The notes: generated by a model from the sequence alone, not told the origin. A stretch of 64,000 nt of DNA from Eledone cirrhosa (GCA_964016885.1 OZ024743.1:118730001-118794000), one strand, 5' to 3'; shown: positions 45,612 through 59,986, counted from the first letter of the stretch. Made by a program: numbers and translations.

Positions 45612-48600
45612 ATGATGTTCCAGAACAATATAAAAGGGATACATGGCAATTTAGGTTCTGGAACAAAAAAGATAATTGGCAATAAGGGCAGGGGCCCCAG
45701 GTTATCACAGCCTGGGCCCGCTCATCATCGTGCCATTGTAATAGAACCAAACAAGGCATTTAGTCTTGGCTGCTGGAACGTACGGACGCTGCTTGACAGG
45801 GATTCCTTGGAGCGTCCTGAACGAAGGCCCGCTCTTGTTGCAAAGGAGCTTCGACGTTACGATCTTGACATCGTGGCTTTATCTGAGACGAAGTTAGCTG
45901 GAGATGGTCATCTTACAGAATTTTGTAGAGAATATACATTCTTCTGGAAAGGAAGAGATGACGGAACCAGAAGAGAGGCTGGGGTAGGATTTGCTGTTAA
46001 GACTGTTCTTGTGAATACATTAGAGGAATTCCCAGTAGGGATTAGTGAGCGTCTTATGTCCATGAGAATTCCGCTGGACAAAGGAAGATATGCGACCCTG
46101 GTGAGTGTGTATGCTCCAACTATGAATTCTGTCGATGAAGAAAAAGTGTCCTTTTACCATGCCTTGAAAGGTGTTTTAAGAAATATCCCTCAGGCAGACA
46201 AAGTCATCGTGCTTGGTGACTTTAATGCTAGAGTGGGTAGGGAATTAACACATGGAATGTAATCGGAAGGCATGGGGTGGGAAAGTGTAACAACAATGGT
46301 ATGCTCCTGCTGCAGATGTGTGAGGAGCTGGATCTGTGTGTTACCAACACCATGTTCCAACAAAAGAACAAATTCAAGACCACACGGATGCATCCTGCAT
46401 CTAAGAAATGGCATCTTTTGGACTACGTCCTAATCAGGATGCGTGACAGATAGGATGTGCAGTGTGTTCGTGCTCTTCGTGGAGCTGTGTGCTGGACGGA
46501 CCACCGCCTGGTACGCGCAAAAGTGAAACTAATCACTAAACGTAAAATCCGGGCTCCTGGTGTTGCCCTGCCCAAAAGATTGAATGCTGCTCGTCTTAAG
46601 GATAAAAATGTGAAGAGGACATTGGAAGAAGAGATGCAGGCTGCAGATCTTGGTGAGGATTGGCCGACCCTTAAAAAGTCGGTTTATGATGTAGGCAGGC
46701 GTGTTCTGGGATTGGTGCAGAGAAAACATCAGGACTGGTTTAATGAGAATGATGTACATATAGAAGACTTGTTGGCTGATAAGAGGTGTGCTCTGTCACG
46801 CTACTTGACGGCAAAACCACAGGCGAGGAATACGTTGCATGAGGAACTCAAGGATGTAAAATCACGTGTTAGGCGGAGTCTTTCTCAGATGAAGGATCAG
46901 TAGTGGAGTGAGAAGGCTGGTGCGATACAAACTGTGTCAGATTCCAATAACACGAAGCTGTTGTACAGTCTCTTGCGTAAGGTTTATGGACCGTCTTCTT
47001 CTCTGGTGACACCGCTTCGCAGCAAGGATGGCAAAGAACTTCTTCGTGACTCACAAGGAATTCTACGAAGGTGGCGAGAGCACTTTCATGAGCTTTTGAA
47101 TCAGCCATCTGTCGTCAGTGAAGATTTCCTCAATCTCATTCCAGAAAGTCCTGTGAAAGTAGCTCTCGCAGAACCTCCGACGCTTGTGGAGGTTGCAGTG
47201 GCTATCTCGAAGCTGAACAGTGGAAGGTCTCCAGGTATGGATGGCATACATGCTGAGCTCCTACAATATGGTGGTGAGAGACTCCTGCAACATCTTCACT
47301 CTTTGTTTGGCAGGATATGAGCTACTGAATCCGTACCTGAGGACTGGAGAGATGCAGTAATGGTGGTGTGGTACAAGGGAAAGGGTAACAGGAATGATTG
47401 TGGGGACTACAGAGGTATATCATTGCTTTTTGTCGTAGGGAAAGTTTTATGTAGGGTGCTTCTGGACCGTCTGCTGACACACATTGCAGATTGTGTTCTT
47501 CCTGAAAGTCAATCTGGTTTTCGTGCTGAACGCGGCACTACTGATATGATCTTCTCAGCTAGACAGCTCCAGGAGAAGTGCATGGAACAAGGTTTGGATC
47601 TGTATCAGGTTTTTGTCGATCTGACAAAAGCTTTCGATACTGTTAACATAGATGCATTATGGAAGGTTCTCCAGAAACTTGGTTGCCCTGATAAGTTCCT
47701 TGCTTTAGTTAGGTCTCTCCATGACGACATGAAGGCTTGGGTTAATGTCGGAGGTAACATGTCGGAGCATATCTCAGTAAAAAATGGAGTGAAACAGGGG
47801 GATATTCCAGCACCGACCCTGTTCGCCATATACTTTGCAATGGTTTTCTGTATTGCATTCAGGAATTGCGAGCATGGTGTTTACATCCGATATCGAACCT
47901 CAGGCAGCATATTTAACATCAGGCGCTTTGCTTCAAAGACAAAAGTATTTACATCAATCATAAGAGACCTCTTGTATGCAGATGATTACGATCTTGTAGC
48001 GCACACAGAGAGTGACATGCGGCACATTTTGAATGCATATTCTGACGCCTGCACTGCCCTAGGATTGACTGTCAGTCTCAAGAAAACCGTTGTCATGTAC
48101 CAACCTGCCCCTGGTAAGCAGTACACTGAAACAAATATCTATGTGTATGGTAAACGACTTGGAGTGGTTGATCAGTTTGTCTACCTGTGAAGCACTGTCA
48201 GTCGATACAGAAACCTTGACAGTGAAATCTCAATTAGGATTAGGAAAACAAGTGATGCTTTCGGAAAGCTAGAAAGGCGACTCTGGGGTCGGCGAGACAT
48301 ATGCAGGAGCACAAAGGTAAAGGTGTACAAGGCATGTGTGCTCTCTTGTCTTCTTTATGCCTGCGAGACCTGGGTCATATATCGACACCACCTTAAGCAA
48401 TTGGAGCGTTTCCATCAGATGTGTCTCAGACGGATCCATAGCGTTCACTGGAGGGACCACATCAGTGATGTCGAGATTTTGGACAGCTCTATGTGTGACA
48501 GTATAGAAGCTCTTATGCTTAAGCAACGACTCCGTTGGAGTGGTCACCTTGCCAGGATGAAGGATTCTAGAATACCAAAACAACTCTTTTATGGAGGGTT

Positions 48601-49160
48601 GGTTAAAGGAAAACGACCGCCACATAAACCAAAAAAGAGGTATAAGGATTCCTTGAAAGCCTCTTTGAAAGACGCTAACATCTCTGCTGATACATGGGAA
48701 AATATTGCTGCTGATCGTAATAAATGGAGAAAGACTGTATATGAAGGAAAAGTTGCCTTTGAGGCATCTCGAATCGCATACGAGAAAGTAAAGCGGGATG
48801 TGAGGAAGGGCATTGTTGTTGCACTTCCAGACGGCGAGGGTCCTCCCTCCTATGGTGCTGACATGTAGCGTCTGTGCGAGACTCTGCCTAAGCAAAGCTG
48901 GGCTCGAAAGTCATCTTCGCAGTCATAAAGTAAGACCAGTGGTTGTCTACCAGGCTGCTGTTGGAGATGCTACTCATCATGCTTGCCAAACATGTGGTAG
49001 AGAATGTAAATCAGCAGGAGGGCTCAAGCGACATGCAAATTCCAACCACAGCCGGCTATTCCCAGTGAATGTTTTGGTTGCCGACTCTGTGCAAGACATT
49101 TTAGACAATTGGCTGGGCTAAAAAGCCACATTCGATCGCAGCGCTGTTAGTTGCTATCGT
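45612..49160 (+). mobile_element. RTE (BovB-like) LINE, near full length, disrupted; C-terminal C2H2 fingers
   Basis: WNVRTLLD, ALSETK, YAPT, GDFNARVG, TDHRL, FVDLTKAFDTV, GVKQG, LYADD, RLRWSGHLARM; CSVCARLC..GLESHLRSH and CQTCGREC..GLKRH. Confidence 0.92.
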
Positions 49161-49309
49161 GTGTGTGTGTATGTATAGATATGTTTATGTGTGCGCGTGT
49201 GTGTGTGTATATATATGTATATGTATATTATTATTGTTGTTATTATTATTATTTTTATTAATGTATATGTGTGTGTGTATATATATATGTGTGTATATAT
49301 GTATATGTA

Positions 49310-49344
<35 letters not shown>

Positions 49345-49419
49345 TTCTTTTTTTTATTTTATTTTATTTTTTCTTTATTTACTTTTTTTTTTTTCTCCTC
49401 GTGCAATAGCCATACTCGA

Positions 49420-50197
49420 TACTATTAGTACGGTAGTTACTTAAATGTAAGTATGTATGTATGTATGTATACGTACATACATATATGTATACAGACGTAC
49501 AGAAATATGTATATATATATACATACATACACACATATATATATGCACGTATCGGTTTACCGGACATTTATTATAATGCTCGGTTTGTTTGTTTAAACAA
49601 ACAAACAGCCCGAATTACGCCGTAGTGTTTAGGCAACCACGTCACCTTTTTGTTCAACACTGACACAGGAACGATGTACTAGTTTCAAGCTTATTAGCTA
49701 TCGTCAGCATCGTATACCTTCCTGCCAGATGGTTGAACGTCTGAAAGTATATACTTTCCTTATGCATATTAACGGCTGAGCGGCCTAATTTGCATATCGA
49801 GTGAGTTTAGTCGGCCGGGCGCACCGAAAACGATAAATGGAATAGAATGAAACGAAATTTCATTTCTCACTATTAGTACGGCAGTTACTTAAATGTAAGT
49901 ATGTATGTATACGTACATACATATATGTATACAGAGGTACAGTAGTATGTATATATATACATACATGCACACATATATATATGCACGTATCGGTTTACCG
50001 AACATTTATTATAATGCTCGGGTTGTTTGTTTGTAACTGTTTGTTTACAAACAAACAAACCGACCATTATAATAAATGTTCGGTAAGGTAAACCGATACG
50101 TGCATATATATATATGTGTGCATGTATGTATATATATACATACTACTCTACGTCTGTATACATATATGTATGTACGTATACATATATATATATGTAC

Positions 50198-50200
<3 letters not shown>
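49420..50200 (-). mobile_element. Diverged copy of the 15958 retrozyme-like family, tandem with inversion
   Basis: HHR 49672-49712 (-): CGATG CTGACGA tAGCT aata AGCTt GAAA CTAG TA CATCG; octamer at 49788-49795. Confidence 0.8.
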
Positions 50201-50280
<80 letters not shown>

Positions 50281-50542
50281 TAGTATTCAGTTTGTATATA
50301 GTTTGTATAAAAAGCAAAAACGTTGTTAGATGAATGTACATATCTTTCATATATTGAAATTTAATATTTAGTCACTATGTCACATTTATTATGAGTAGCG
50401 GTTATCTAGCGACCCTCGTGTACAAATGTAGGTCGGATTTTGTTGGGGTATTTTCCTGTTGCGTTTATGTTAGATGAAACCATTTACAGATGTTTATCAG
50501 AAGTAATTTGAACAAATCTCGTAGCTAATAATTAACATTCAC

Positions 50543-50717
50543 CTTCTTCGAGAAGCCACCAAAATCTGCTAGAATTAGCAGCCAAATTTCTGTCACGATC
50601 ACATTGGATATATGCCTGAACATCAAAACAACTAACAACCCTTCGATCAAAGTTCTGCCCTATCAAGTGTGACGTGGATCGAAACAGCAACAAAACGATT
50701 ATCACTTTTGTCCTCAT
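50543..50717 (-). CDS. Possible first coding exon of a host gene
   Basis: ATG then hydrophobic MRTKVIIVLLLF..., ends AAG|GTGAAT (donor-like); non-repetitive; ~90 nt from ETS and CRE sites; no homology recognised. Confidence 0.25.
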
Positions 50718-50802
50718 GGAGTATCAAAATTCCATTAAAAATTAAAAGCGTTAAAAGGATTAACGTTGATCCACTTTGCCGCTAAAGTGTTTTTTTGTCA
50801 AT

Positions 50803-50828
50803 CCGGAAGTTACACTGATTTGACGTCA
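50803..50828. promoter_or_regulatory. ETS (CCGGAAGT) + CRE (TGACGTCA) motif pair
   Basis: Two consensus 8-mers 10 nt apart in unique sequence. Confidence 0.4.
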
Positions 50829-53229
50829 TAGGTACGACAAGTTAACTAAAATGCTCTTTTTTTTCTTGTTGTTGTTAAAGTTAGCTGTGCCGAAGCAATA
50901 AAGAATATGTTTAAAAGGAATGTTATTGGTAATGACTACGGTATTCGCTTTCATTTTCTGTTAGCCGCCATTCTGTCTCTATCGTTTTCTGCTTCTCTAT
51001 ATATTTCAGTCACGTTCTCCCCTCTCTTTTTCACACATATAAAACACACTAACGATACAGGCGCATACATATTCACTCTCTCTTATTCTGTCTTTCTCAC
51101 TATGCCTAAACCTTTCTATATAATATATACACACACACATAGGCACATATTATTCCTCACTATGTTTATATATAATTCTATATCCACATCCTGATCACTC
51201 TATCTCAGACATATACAAACACACACACACATGTACATTCTCTTTCTCTCACTCTCTCTCTCTCACTCTCACACTTCCTCTCTCTCTTTCCCCCACTCTC
51301 TGTTTCTCTCTTTGAATCTCACTTTCTCTTCCCGGTGTCGATTTTCATAAAATAATTACATATCTACTTACATGCGAGAGTTCGACTCTGTAGATTTGAG
51401 AACCATCAATATAATTTCCTCTTCCTTGAAATTAATTATTTTTGCTTCGTATGAGTTTTTTTACCGTGAGTCGGCAGGATTGAGCTGATTAATTTTCCCA
51501 AATTTCATTTAGTAGAGTTCTTTTTATAATCAAAGCAAAAGGAATATATTGCATGCCGACAAAGCACGACATAGAATTCTTGTAGCATCCGGTTAAACGC
51601 TTCAACTCTCTTCTGTTCCCTCTACCAACGGCAACTGGTTTCTTATCTTATTAATTACTTATATAGACAAACTGAAATTTAAGACAAGGGAATAGCCGAT
51701 TAGATCGGTCTCAATTCTTGATTGGTACTGCATTTTATCGATCCATGAAGGATGTTGGCTCATAACGTTAAAAGCCGTAAAAATAACACACGGTATTTTT
51801 CTGACGCTCGTTTTGTATAATGAAACCTTCAAATTCTTTGCCCATTTTTGCTGTTGTCCAAGATCTTCGTGAGTAAGGTATCATATTTAGGTTTTATATT
51901 ACAGCATTGAATAAACTGACTGGCGACTATTTCAATTAGTTTAATTAGATATTTTTAAATACTCTGCTTTGATCTATTTTATCTTTTTTTTTTTTTTCGT
52001 TTCCTTCATTTACATTACTATTTTGTATCTCTAAGGTCACAAAGTTGGAAAAGACATGCAATATCTTTATGTACAGAAAAGAAAAATGAACCGGATTATT
52101 TCCGATCTTGTGTTGTGATGTCCTCAGCGGCTGTTAAATTGTTAAGAGAGACATCGCATTTACGAACCAATTGGTTGGCTATTATCTTAATCGTTTGACC
52201 TCCTACCTTTTCATATATATTGATATTTCATATCATACATTACAAAAACTTACTTTTCAAGAACATATATTTTACATCTCTTATTATAAGAATGATTACA
52301 CTTTTAATCGCCCATCTGGCTTAATTTGAGTAAGTTATAAATTGAGTAATGTTTTAACCAAACAGATTTTAATACAAATAACTAACACAGAAAATGAAAT
52401 CCAACGCAATAGTTAAAAATATAAAACCCTAATCAGATGTAAGCTTTCTGATACCTTATTAGGTAATCTAAGATATTTGTTCTTCAACAAGTTAAAGACA
52501 CTCCTTTTTCACCAGTGTGGTCAGAAATGCAGGGAAAATTTATTAATAAACAAGATAGCAATATAACGTGATGTTTTTCTGTGACAAAGTATCATTAGAA
52601 CTCAGAAATTCCCTAGAAGAAAGCTCCGTGACTGAGTTCCTGGTAATGGTGCCACCACTGTTGATGATGTTGTCATTGTTGTTTATTTTGTTATGGTTGT
52701 TGGTGTGTTAGTTGTTCTGTTTGAGCATTGAACAGACAACCTTTAGGGATAGTTTGCTGAGTTTAACGAGTTGAATTACCGTGACTAGTAAAGAATTTCC
52801 TGTTTCGCAGTCTTGCTCAACTTTTGAGGATGGGCAATATCGATAAAGTGTCGTTCTTGTTTAAAATGGTGTAAGTTTGAGCTGAAGGAGATTTAGCTTC
52901 TATTTCTAGCATCTCAAGCAATCACATAGAGGTACATTACATTGACGTTAAACTACACTATGAATCCTCGGGCTATTTCATTATCCTAAGATAACTAGTG
53001 CTAGTAAGAAGAGCATTTCTCCAGATTTCAAGAAAGTTCGGTCACTTAACCTATTAAACATAGAAACAACATTCCTTTGAAACCTATAAAAGAATGCACG
53101 CATTGGAGAATTTCGTCCCAGATATATAAAAATGCCAATTCTGGGTTCAGTTTTGCTCCTGACAACCTTTCATGTTCTTCTAAGATGGTCCCAACCACCT
53201 CAATTTCGGAAGTTTTCAACACCACAAAG

Positions 53230-54610
53230 TAATGTGTTCCGGGTATACCGACGCGGCTCTTTGCGTTCTGTTTCGAGCGGGATGTCCTGTAACAGCTCCA
53301 GCTCCCACAGTAAAGGATTGAGAGTCAATACGTACACACGAGAGGAGAGGGGGCACCGGTTGCATTATCTAAAACGGTTCTGAAAGGTGGACATTTATTG
53401 TGGCCATATCGAAAGCTTTCGATGGATATAAATTAATCATAGCCCCACCGAAGCCAGGTTTCCATCCTACCCTCACTATGATGTATTGCATATGTGGAGG
53501 TTGTCGGTATAGATCTGGTCGATATTGCGCAAGTTTGCGCCTCCCCTACCAAACCCTCGACGACAAGCGCCAACCTCTTCGCTAACACCTTGGCCAAAAT
53601 CACGCACGTGAGCTGAATCGGTTTTAATAGGTGGTCATTTTCTCTGATTACTGAGCAGATAGTGTTATCCATTGAAGCGACCCAGTCTCTAAAGACTGGA
53701 CCGAACCCGGTTGTCATGAGCACAGACACCAACAATCAATGTTCAAACCATTCGAAAGCTTTCGATTGATCCAAAATAATCAAAACTCCACCAAAGCCAG
53801 CTTTACTTCCTACATTCACTGATATGTCTTTCTTGAGGTGGAGCTTGTCGTGTATAGATTTGGTTGGGATTGCGCACGTGTGCTTTACCTCGATCACAAT
53901 CTTGACCACAAGCAACAACCTCTTTGCTAGCATCCTGACCAAAATCTAAAGATCTAGCAGAGGTATGGGCCTGAAATTCTTAATTATGAGCCCATGTTCC
54001 TCTTTCTTCCCGTCAGTCCTACTACTCTCCAACTTAACAAACAGATTTCTGCCATTCTGCTGCCGTTTACAGTAAACATCTGTAAGCGAAAAAAGATTGC
54101 GTAAATTTCGTAAGGTAAGCCATCTAAACCGCGTAATCTGCATCTCGTAGAGCCGCTTAGGTCTTCAGATATTTCTGCTGTGGTTATTGGCTATTCAGAG
54201 TGATATACTTCTTCTATCGAATGCCGTGATAGGGTGTCGAGCTATAGTTCACCACCGTCTCACCCTTTCTTTATGCCCCAAAGAGTTGTTCAAACTGCCG
54301 CTGAAAAACTACACACATCTATTTGAAATCGAGGAGCACTTGCTTATCATGTCCACAAAAGACAGAATTAGGGGTTTATTGCTATATTGCTTCTCTTCTA
54401 GGTGGGACCAATGAACAGCTTTCGTTCCCTCTGATCTCAAAGCACGTGCCTTGGTTCTGATACTGCATCCTTCGTGTTTCACAATAAATGAATGCTCCAG
54501 TGCCATTCTAACAGCTAGCACGTCGCTTGCAATGCCACTCCTAATCGCCTTTTCTAGTTTAACTTATAAATACCCTGCTGCACTTCACTAAAAGCTCTTG
54601 GTTCTACTGT
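53230..54610 (-). pseudogene. Degraded L1/Tx1-like LINE RT fragment with internal duplication
   Basis: NFRPIPLL, LAKRL...TCAI (twice), LDQSKAF. Confidence 0.65.
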
Positions 54611-55914
54611 AATTGCTCTTTTGTATCTAGCTAGGGTTCCTTTGGGAAGCACTTTAAAAATCTACTGCTGGTTTTTACATTTATATCCCCACGCCATGTT
54701 GTAAGCACTTCCTCATGATGTTTAAATTTCTAGAGACATCTGCGCCATTTTTAATGTTTGTGGTAAATTAAAAGTGCTGGTAGAAATTATCTCTTCCACT
54801 CTTCCTCATTTTCTCCTCACTATTACAACGTTTGGTATGTGTGTGTGGTTAATTGTTGCTGTTTATGTATAACTATATGCTTGTATTGTTTATGTGTTCT
54901 CTTTTCGTCGTTAGTTGTAATTGTAGTAATGTTGTTGTTTGTGGTAGCAGCGATGGTTGTTATTCGGGCGCGGGGGGGGGGGTTATTGTATATAGAGGTG
55001 TACTCGGTGCATTCTAGAATTTATTGGACGAGGCAAAAGGATTTTTTTTAAAACGTTTTTGTGTCTTTTTGTTTTGGGTTCCTTCTCGTCGCTGCAAAAT
55101 GAGGAGGTACCCGTATCTGGGAAATCTGACTCGGATTTGTTGGGAATCTATTTGTGATGATATCTATGTTTCATGGCAAATGAGTAAAACCTGGTGGTCA
55201 ACCATAAGAAAATCGAACCATCGAGGATAGGCTTAAATTATTGCTTGACCTGCTGGAAATAAGAGCAAAATTTTCCACAAATCACACTCTACCGTCTTAA
55301 ACAAGAGACGAAATATTGGAGAATGTAGCAAATATTGGAGAATATATACTATATCAGAAATTTCAAGACCATGACTAGGAAGCATTTGATCATTTGTTAG
55401 CCCAAAAATCTGGATAGATTTGTGCCCAACAAAGCAAAAAGTCCTTTAATAGTGAATATTTCTGCAAACTTATGCGCCATTTATGAAAAATTAACTAAAT
55501 GTTGGTCTTCATAAAGAAATAGAGGGTGAATGAGAAAACTGATGCAGTAATATTGTGAATAAAGGAGCAGACTATCACCCATAATCATATTGAAATAATT
55601 TCTAATATTCCTACAATATAAATGAAAGATGTCTCTTGTATGATATATTTTTCTCAGAGAATGCACAATATACATGGCTGAACTACACTCCCCATAACAA
55701 ATCACACATAAGGGCAAAACAATAGCGTGATAAAAATAACTCATATGAACATAAATATCAAATTTAAACTTCTTCAAAGAAAAGCACTGTTACACATATG
55801 AACCGCCATCATTTGTAGTAAGTGTCAATGCGAAAAGACCATGTAACGTGAAACTAAACACAGGTGACTTGAGTACCAATCAGTTACAATATTGTGCAGA
55901 AACGAGTTGAAAAG

Positions 55915-56290
55915 CTTCTTCTTTTTCTTTGCTCTCTTATTCCTGGAAGGATCGTGAGGGCTGAGTCCTTAAGCACGCTTTCCTGGAAAGTGTGATTAAG
56001 GACTCATCCTTTGAGTCAATTGATCCTGCTGGGTCATCAAGCAAGATCAGCCGAGCTCATGGATGTTACCCAACCGTCGATTCGTTCTGTGACATTCTAA
56101 CTACATGTCCGTAATATCGGAGCTGTGATCTCTCAATTTGGAGACGTAGCGGCTTTACCAGTAGTAATTCTTTGATCTTCGAGCTACGCACTCTATAGAC
56201 TAACATTACTCTAAAGAACCTCGGGAAGAACTGATTTCGACCGCTTGTATTCTCGGCAGAGCTGTTCTGAGATGAAACGAGTCATAGATG
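55915..56290 (-). pseudogene. RTE-like LINE 3' end fragment
   Basis: LQIERSQLRYYGHVVRM on the minus strand. Confidence 0.6.
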
Positions 56291-56769
56291 GCGGATAACG
56301 GTAAGGCCACCAGATATGAATGTTAATTTCAATATGAGTGGGGTCCTCCCGGACAAATAAGCCGCCCCGAACAAACAGCGGTAAACTACTATGGGAGTTG
56401 GAACAATAGAGGACACTGTTATATCACAAGAAAACTCTCACAACACACTGATGTAGCTATGATGAGGCACGTAAAGGCCGTTTAAAAATGCCTAGACTTC
56501 GGGGTCTGAGAAATGTACGAAATTGGTAACTGGCGCGAATGAGACCACCAAAACATATGGCCGGACACAATAAAGTCATCCATACCACATCGTCCGCACG
56601 CGGAATAACAAGCGGTGTGATCAAGCCTTAGGTAGTGGGATCTGTTCAAAACTGCTTTTTACAGTTACCACCCAACGCGGCAACAACTGGTGATGGGCCT
56701 GCGACCTGTCCTGAGATCGAAGCCCACATGTTACGCATCCCGAGACGCCAGAGAGTATCCGGAAGGTAG

Positions 56770-57540
56770 TAAATCTTGACAATTGGTACCTGTAACGTTA
56801 CAACCGTTACAGGCAATGACCAGGAACAAGTTTCGGGGGCCAGGTGATACGGCAAAATACAGATTGGTTTTCCTCGACAAAGTTCCGTGTCTCTGGTACT
56901 GTAGATTTGTGTGGAGGAAGGAAAATCCATTATTCATACATAGCGCCAGATATGACTGTGAGGAAAGATTTGTGATATTCATAAACTGCTGGTTTCCAGA
57001 ATGTGTTTTGGATTCCATCTCATTGGGAGGGAGGATTTGCATCTTGGAGCTTAATCTGGAAGAAAGGTCTCCATAGTAGATACACATTTATGCACCAAAC
57101 ATAGATCCCGAATACTGATACTTCATTGATGAAGGCACTGCAGCCTTAGACATAATTATGAGTGAGTCATATATCGTAATGGGAAACTTCAATGCACAAG
57201 TAGGTTTTGACTACGTGACATGGAATGGGGTGATTGGAAGGAACGGCAATTCCCATCTAAATATGCATGGCGAAGCCTTATTGGACTACTGTTTTAGTAT
57301 TTCGCTCCCTATTACAAACGCCTTCGTCAAACACAAAGACATCCATAAATACACATATTATTAGTGGAGTCGGCAACAGAGACGTCTTCAATTCTGTTCT
57401 GGATGTTCGTATTAAGGGGCTGAACTGTTAATTAATCACCATCAAATCATCTGCAGCCTGTCCCAGCTCGACCTACAGGAAAAAGGGGTAGATAAGGAAG
57501 TCAGGAACGGGTTTGCGGATACTATAGCATCCAAATTCTG
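56770..57540 (+). pseudogene. RTE-like APE endonuclease fragment
   Basis: IGTCNVTTV, IYAPN, MGNFNAQVG..TWNGVIGRNG, ITNAFVKHKDIHKYT. Confidence 0.7.
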
Positions 57541-58567
57541 AAATTCGATTTGAAAAGCTGTTGAAGTAAAACCATAACTACAAACATTATTTAATGTGAA
57601 AGCAGAAGAACGCGTCTATGTTCCCATAGATAATGGGTCCATCTGGAATAATACACAGCTAAATTTGTAAAGACATTGAGAGATGAATTATCAGGAGAAA
57701 TATCAGTGCGCTGTAGCAAATAGCAAATCTGTAAATAACAAATCTGTAAATATTGTTTCGGCATTCTCACACTTCATTTATTGACCTTGAATACGTCTTA
57801 AAATTGAAGAATTTGATGATTATTTGACACGATCTGCCTAATTTCTAACTAAATTGGAAACACTTGATGTATTCCTCAAATTATGTATAATGAAGACAAT
57901 AATAATATAATATAACATTTTGTGATTATTACAAAGAAAAAAAACGTCTGAGTGTGGGTAGTGGGATAAGCTTCATAAGGAGATTAACCGGTATTGGTCA
58001 TGATTTTCAAGGTCACATTATAATGGTAGTGGGGTGATTTTTCAAGTATCTTTCACATAGAGCGCGGTATAATATAAATTCATTTCCGACATCCATTTAA
58101 TAATAAATGTCGAATAGACTTCTAACAAATTTGTGTCACCGTTTTTAACATGTGTCACTTTATATTATAGCGTGTCATTTAATAATGATTTATAGCTGGA
58201 ACCTGACATATTCATGGTTCACTTTGGATTTGTCCAGCAGTGCATTGGCTCAATGCTTGTCCCTGTTGTTTGCTTCTTAAGACGGAATAAACACTTGAAA
58301 ATACAGTACACAGAGGGCCTAATAGCTATTTCTTAATTCAATAATAATTGAAAGCGGTATATTTAAATTTTATTGATATGACTGCAATGTGTGGATGGAA
58401 GACCTATAAAATATTATATATATAGACAGAGTGGAAAGAGGAGATGTATTGATTTTCTCATGTGTTCCTCTCTTTACGTTGCCTCACCATTCGTGTTTGT
58501 TTACCTGTCTCTCTTTCTCCACCCAACTCTTTTTATCCCAATAACTTAATTTAGTTATTGCATTGCC

Positions 58568-58636
58568 CTAGCCGGAGGTATATGGTCTGTAATGCGAAGA
58601 AATACCTATGATGGCTAGTAGACCACTGATGACGGA
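58568..58636 (+). ncRNA. Pseudoknotted, kink-turn-containing hammerhead-like RNA motif (copy 2)
   Basis: CTAGCC gga GGTAT A TGGTCTG taatgcgaa GAA ATACC tat gat GGCTAG TAGACCA CTGATGA. Confidence 0.6.
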
Positions 58637-58785
58637 TAGTCTTGGCTTCTATTTCTAATCCTTCATTTATTATTTATATCATATTTGCAACAACACAGCT
58701 CGCCATTTTTCATTTATATATATACGTATATATATATATATATATATATAATTCCGGGTGTAAACTGTATATATATATATATATA

Positions 58786-59129
58786 CAGTTTACACCCGGA
58801 ATTCGTGGTCCCGGTTATTCGCGGAATTATCCTTAGTAATAATTGATCGTGGAAACCACCGCATATTCGCGGAATCGTACATATCTTTCGCGATTTTTTT
58901 AATGGCTTTTTTCGTGGCAATATGTATATTGTTTAACGCTAAATTATTAATAACAATATACCGTATTTGGATGCTCCTTCGCGTAAGACGCTCACTCTTT
59001 TTTTATTGTATTTACGTTATATTTTGAAGTTTATAGGAATTTTTATGGACCACGTGCACTATTCGCGGTTTTTCACTTTTCATGTATGCTCTAGGAACGT
59101 AACTCCCGCGAATACCAGGGGTAAAACTG
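58786..59129. mobile_element. Tc1/mariner(pogo)-type MITE
   Basis: Imperfect TIRs CAGTTTACACCCGGAATTCGTGG / CCGCGAATACCAGGGGTAAAACTG in TA context. Confidence 0.65.
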
Positions 59130-59716
59130 TGTATATATATATATATATATCCTAAACCCCAGCTACTTTTGATAATATTTCTCCCCATTTGCAGAATAAC
59201 CAGAAATGTGAGGAGATAGTATTTTCATAATTTCTCTTGCCTCTGTATTTCTTTGCAATCCTGTTTTATTTTATTATATTTTAACTGGTTACGATTTATA
59301 ACTGCTTTAAATTCAAAATATATCTCATTTCAAAATTGACCCGTGACGTCATTACTTGCTGTTAACGGCCTTGGCTATTATAGCAGTCATTTCTCGACGC
59401 ACGGAATGGACAGACTGCTTTGCCCCCTCTCGCTATTTTAGTTTCATCCGCTGATGAAGCAATACAGAAATGGTAGTCATAGATGCACGATACTGCATTG
59501 TAAGTGGCAAACTAGAAATCGCATTTTGTCAGTGGAATCTGTACATGCAGAAACTCCGGAGACCGGTATACCCTGTGCGACTGCTTCATTACAGATTATA
59601 CACTTCGTTACCATTCTGAGACTGGATCGCTCGCGTATGTCTTCGAACCAAACCCCATTCACCGAATAATGTGAGCAAACGAGATTATAGTGAATATTTG
59701 CTATAACCCAGCTACT

Positions 59717-59749
<33 letters not shown>

Positions 59750-59750
59750 G

Positions 59751-59835
<85 letters not shown>

Positions 59836-59839
<4 letters not shown>

Positions 59840-59917
59840 GAAAGGTTAAAGGCTTTTCCTACTATGTGAAGCATTAAACTAATACACATCTTCACTTTAC
59901 AGTATCGTTTGCTTTTC

Positions 59918-59986
<69 letters not shown>

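Noticed and set aside
59450-59482. CTGATGA AGCAATACA GAAA as a hammerhead; ORF 59454-59669
   Set aside because: No pairing stems I-III; the ORF has no recognisable motifs
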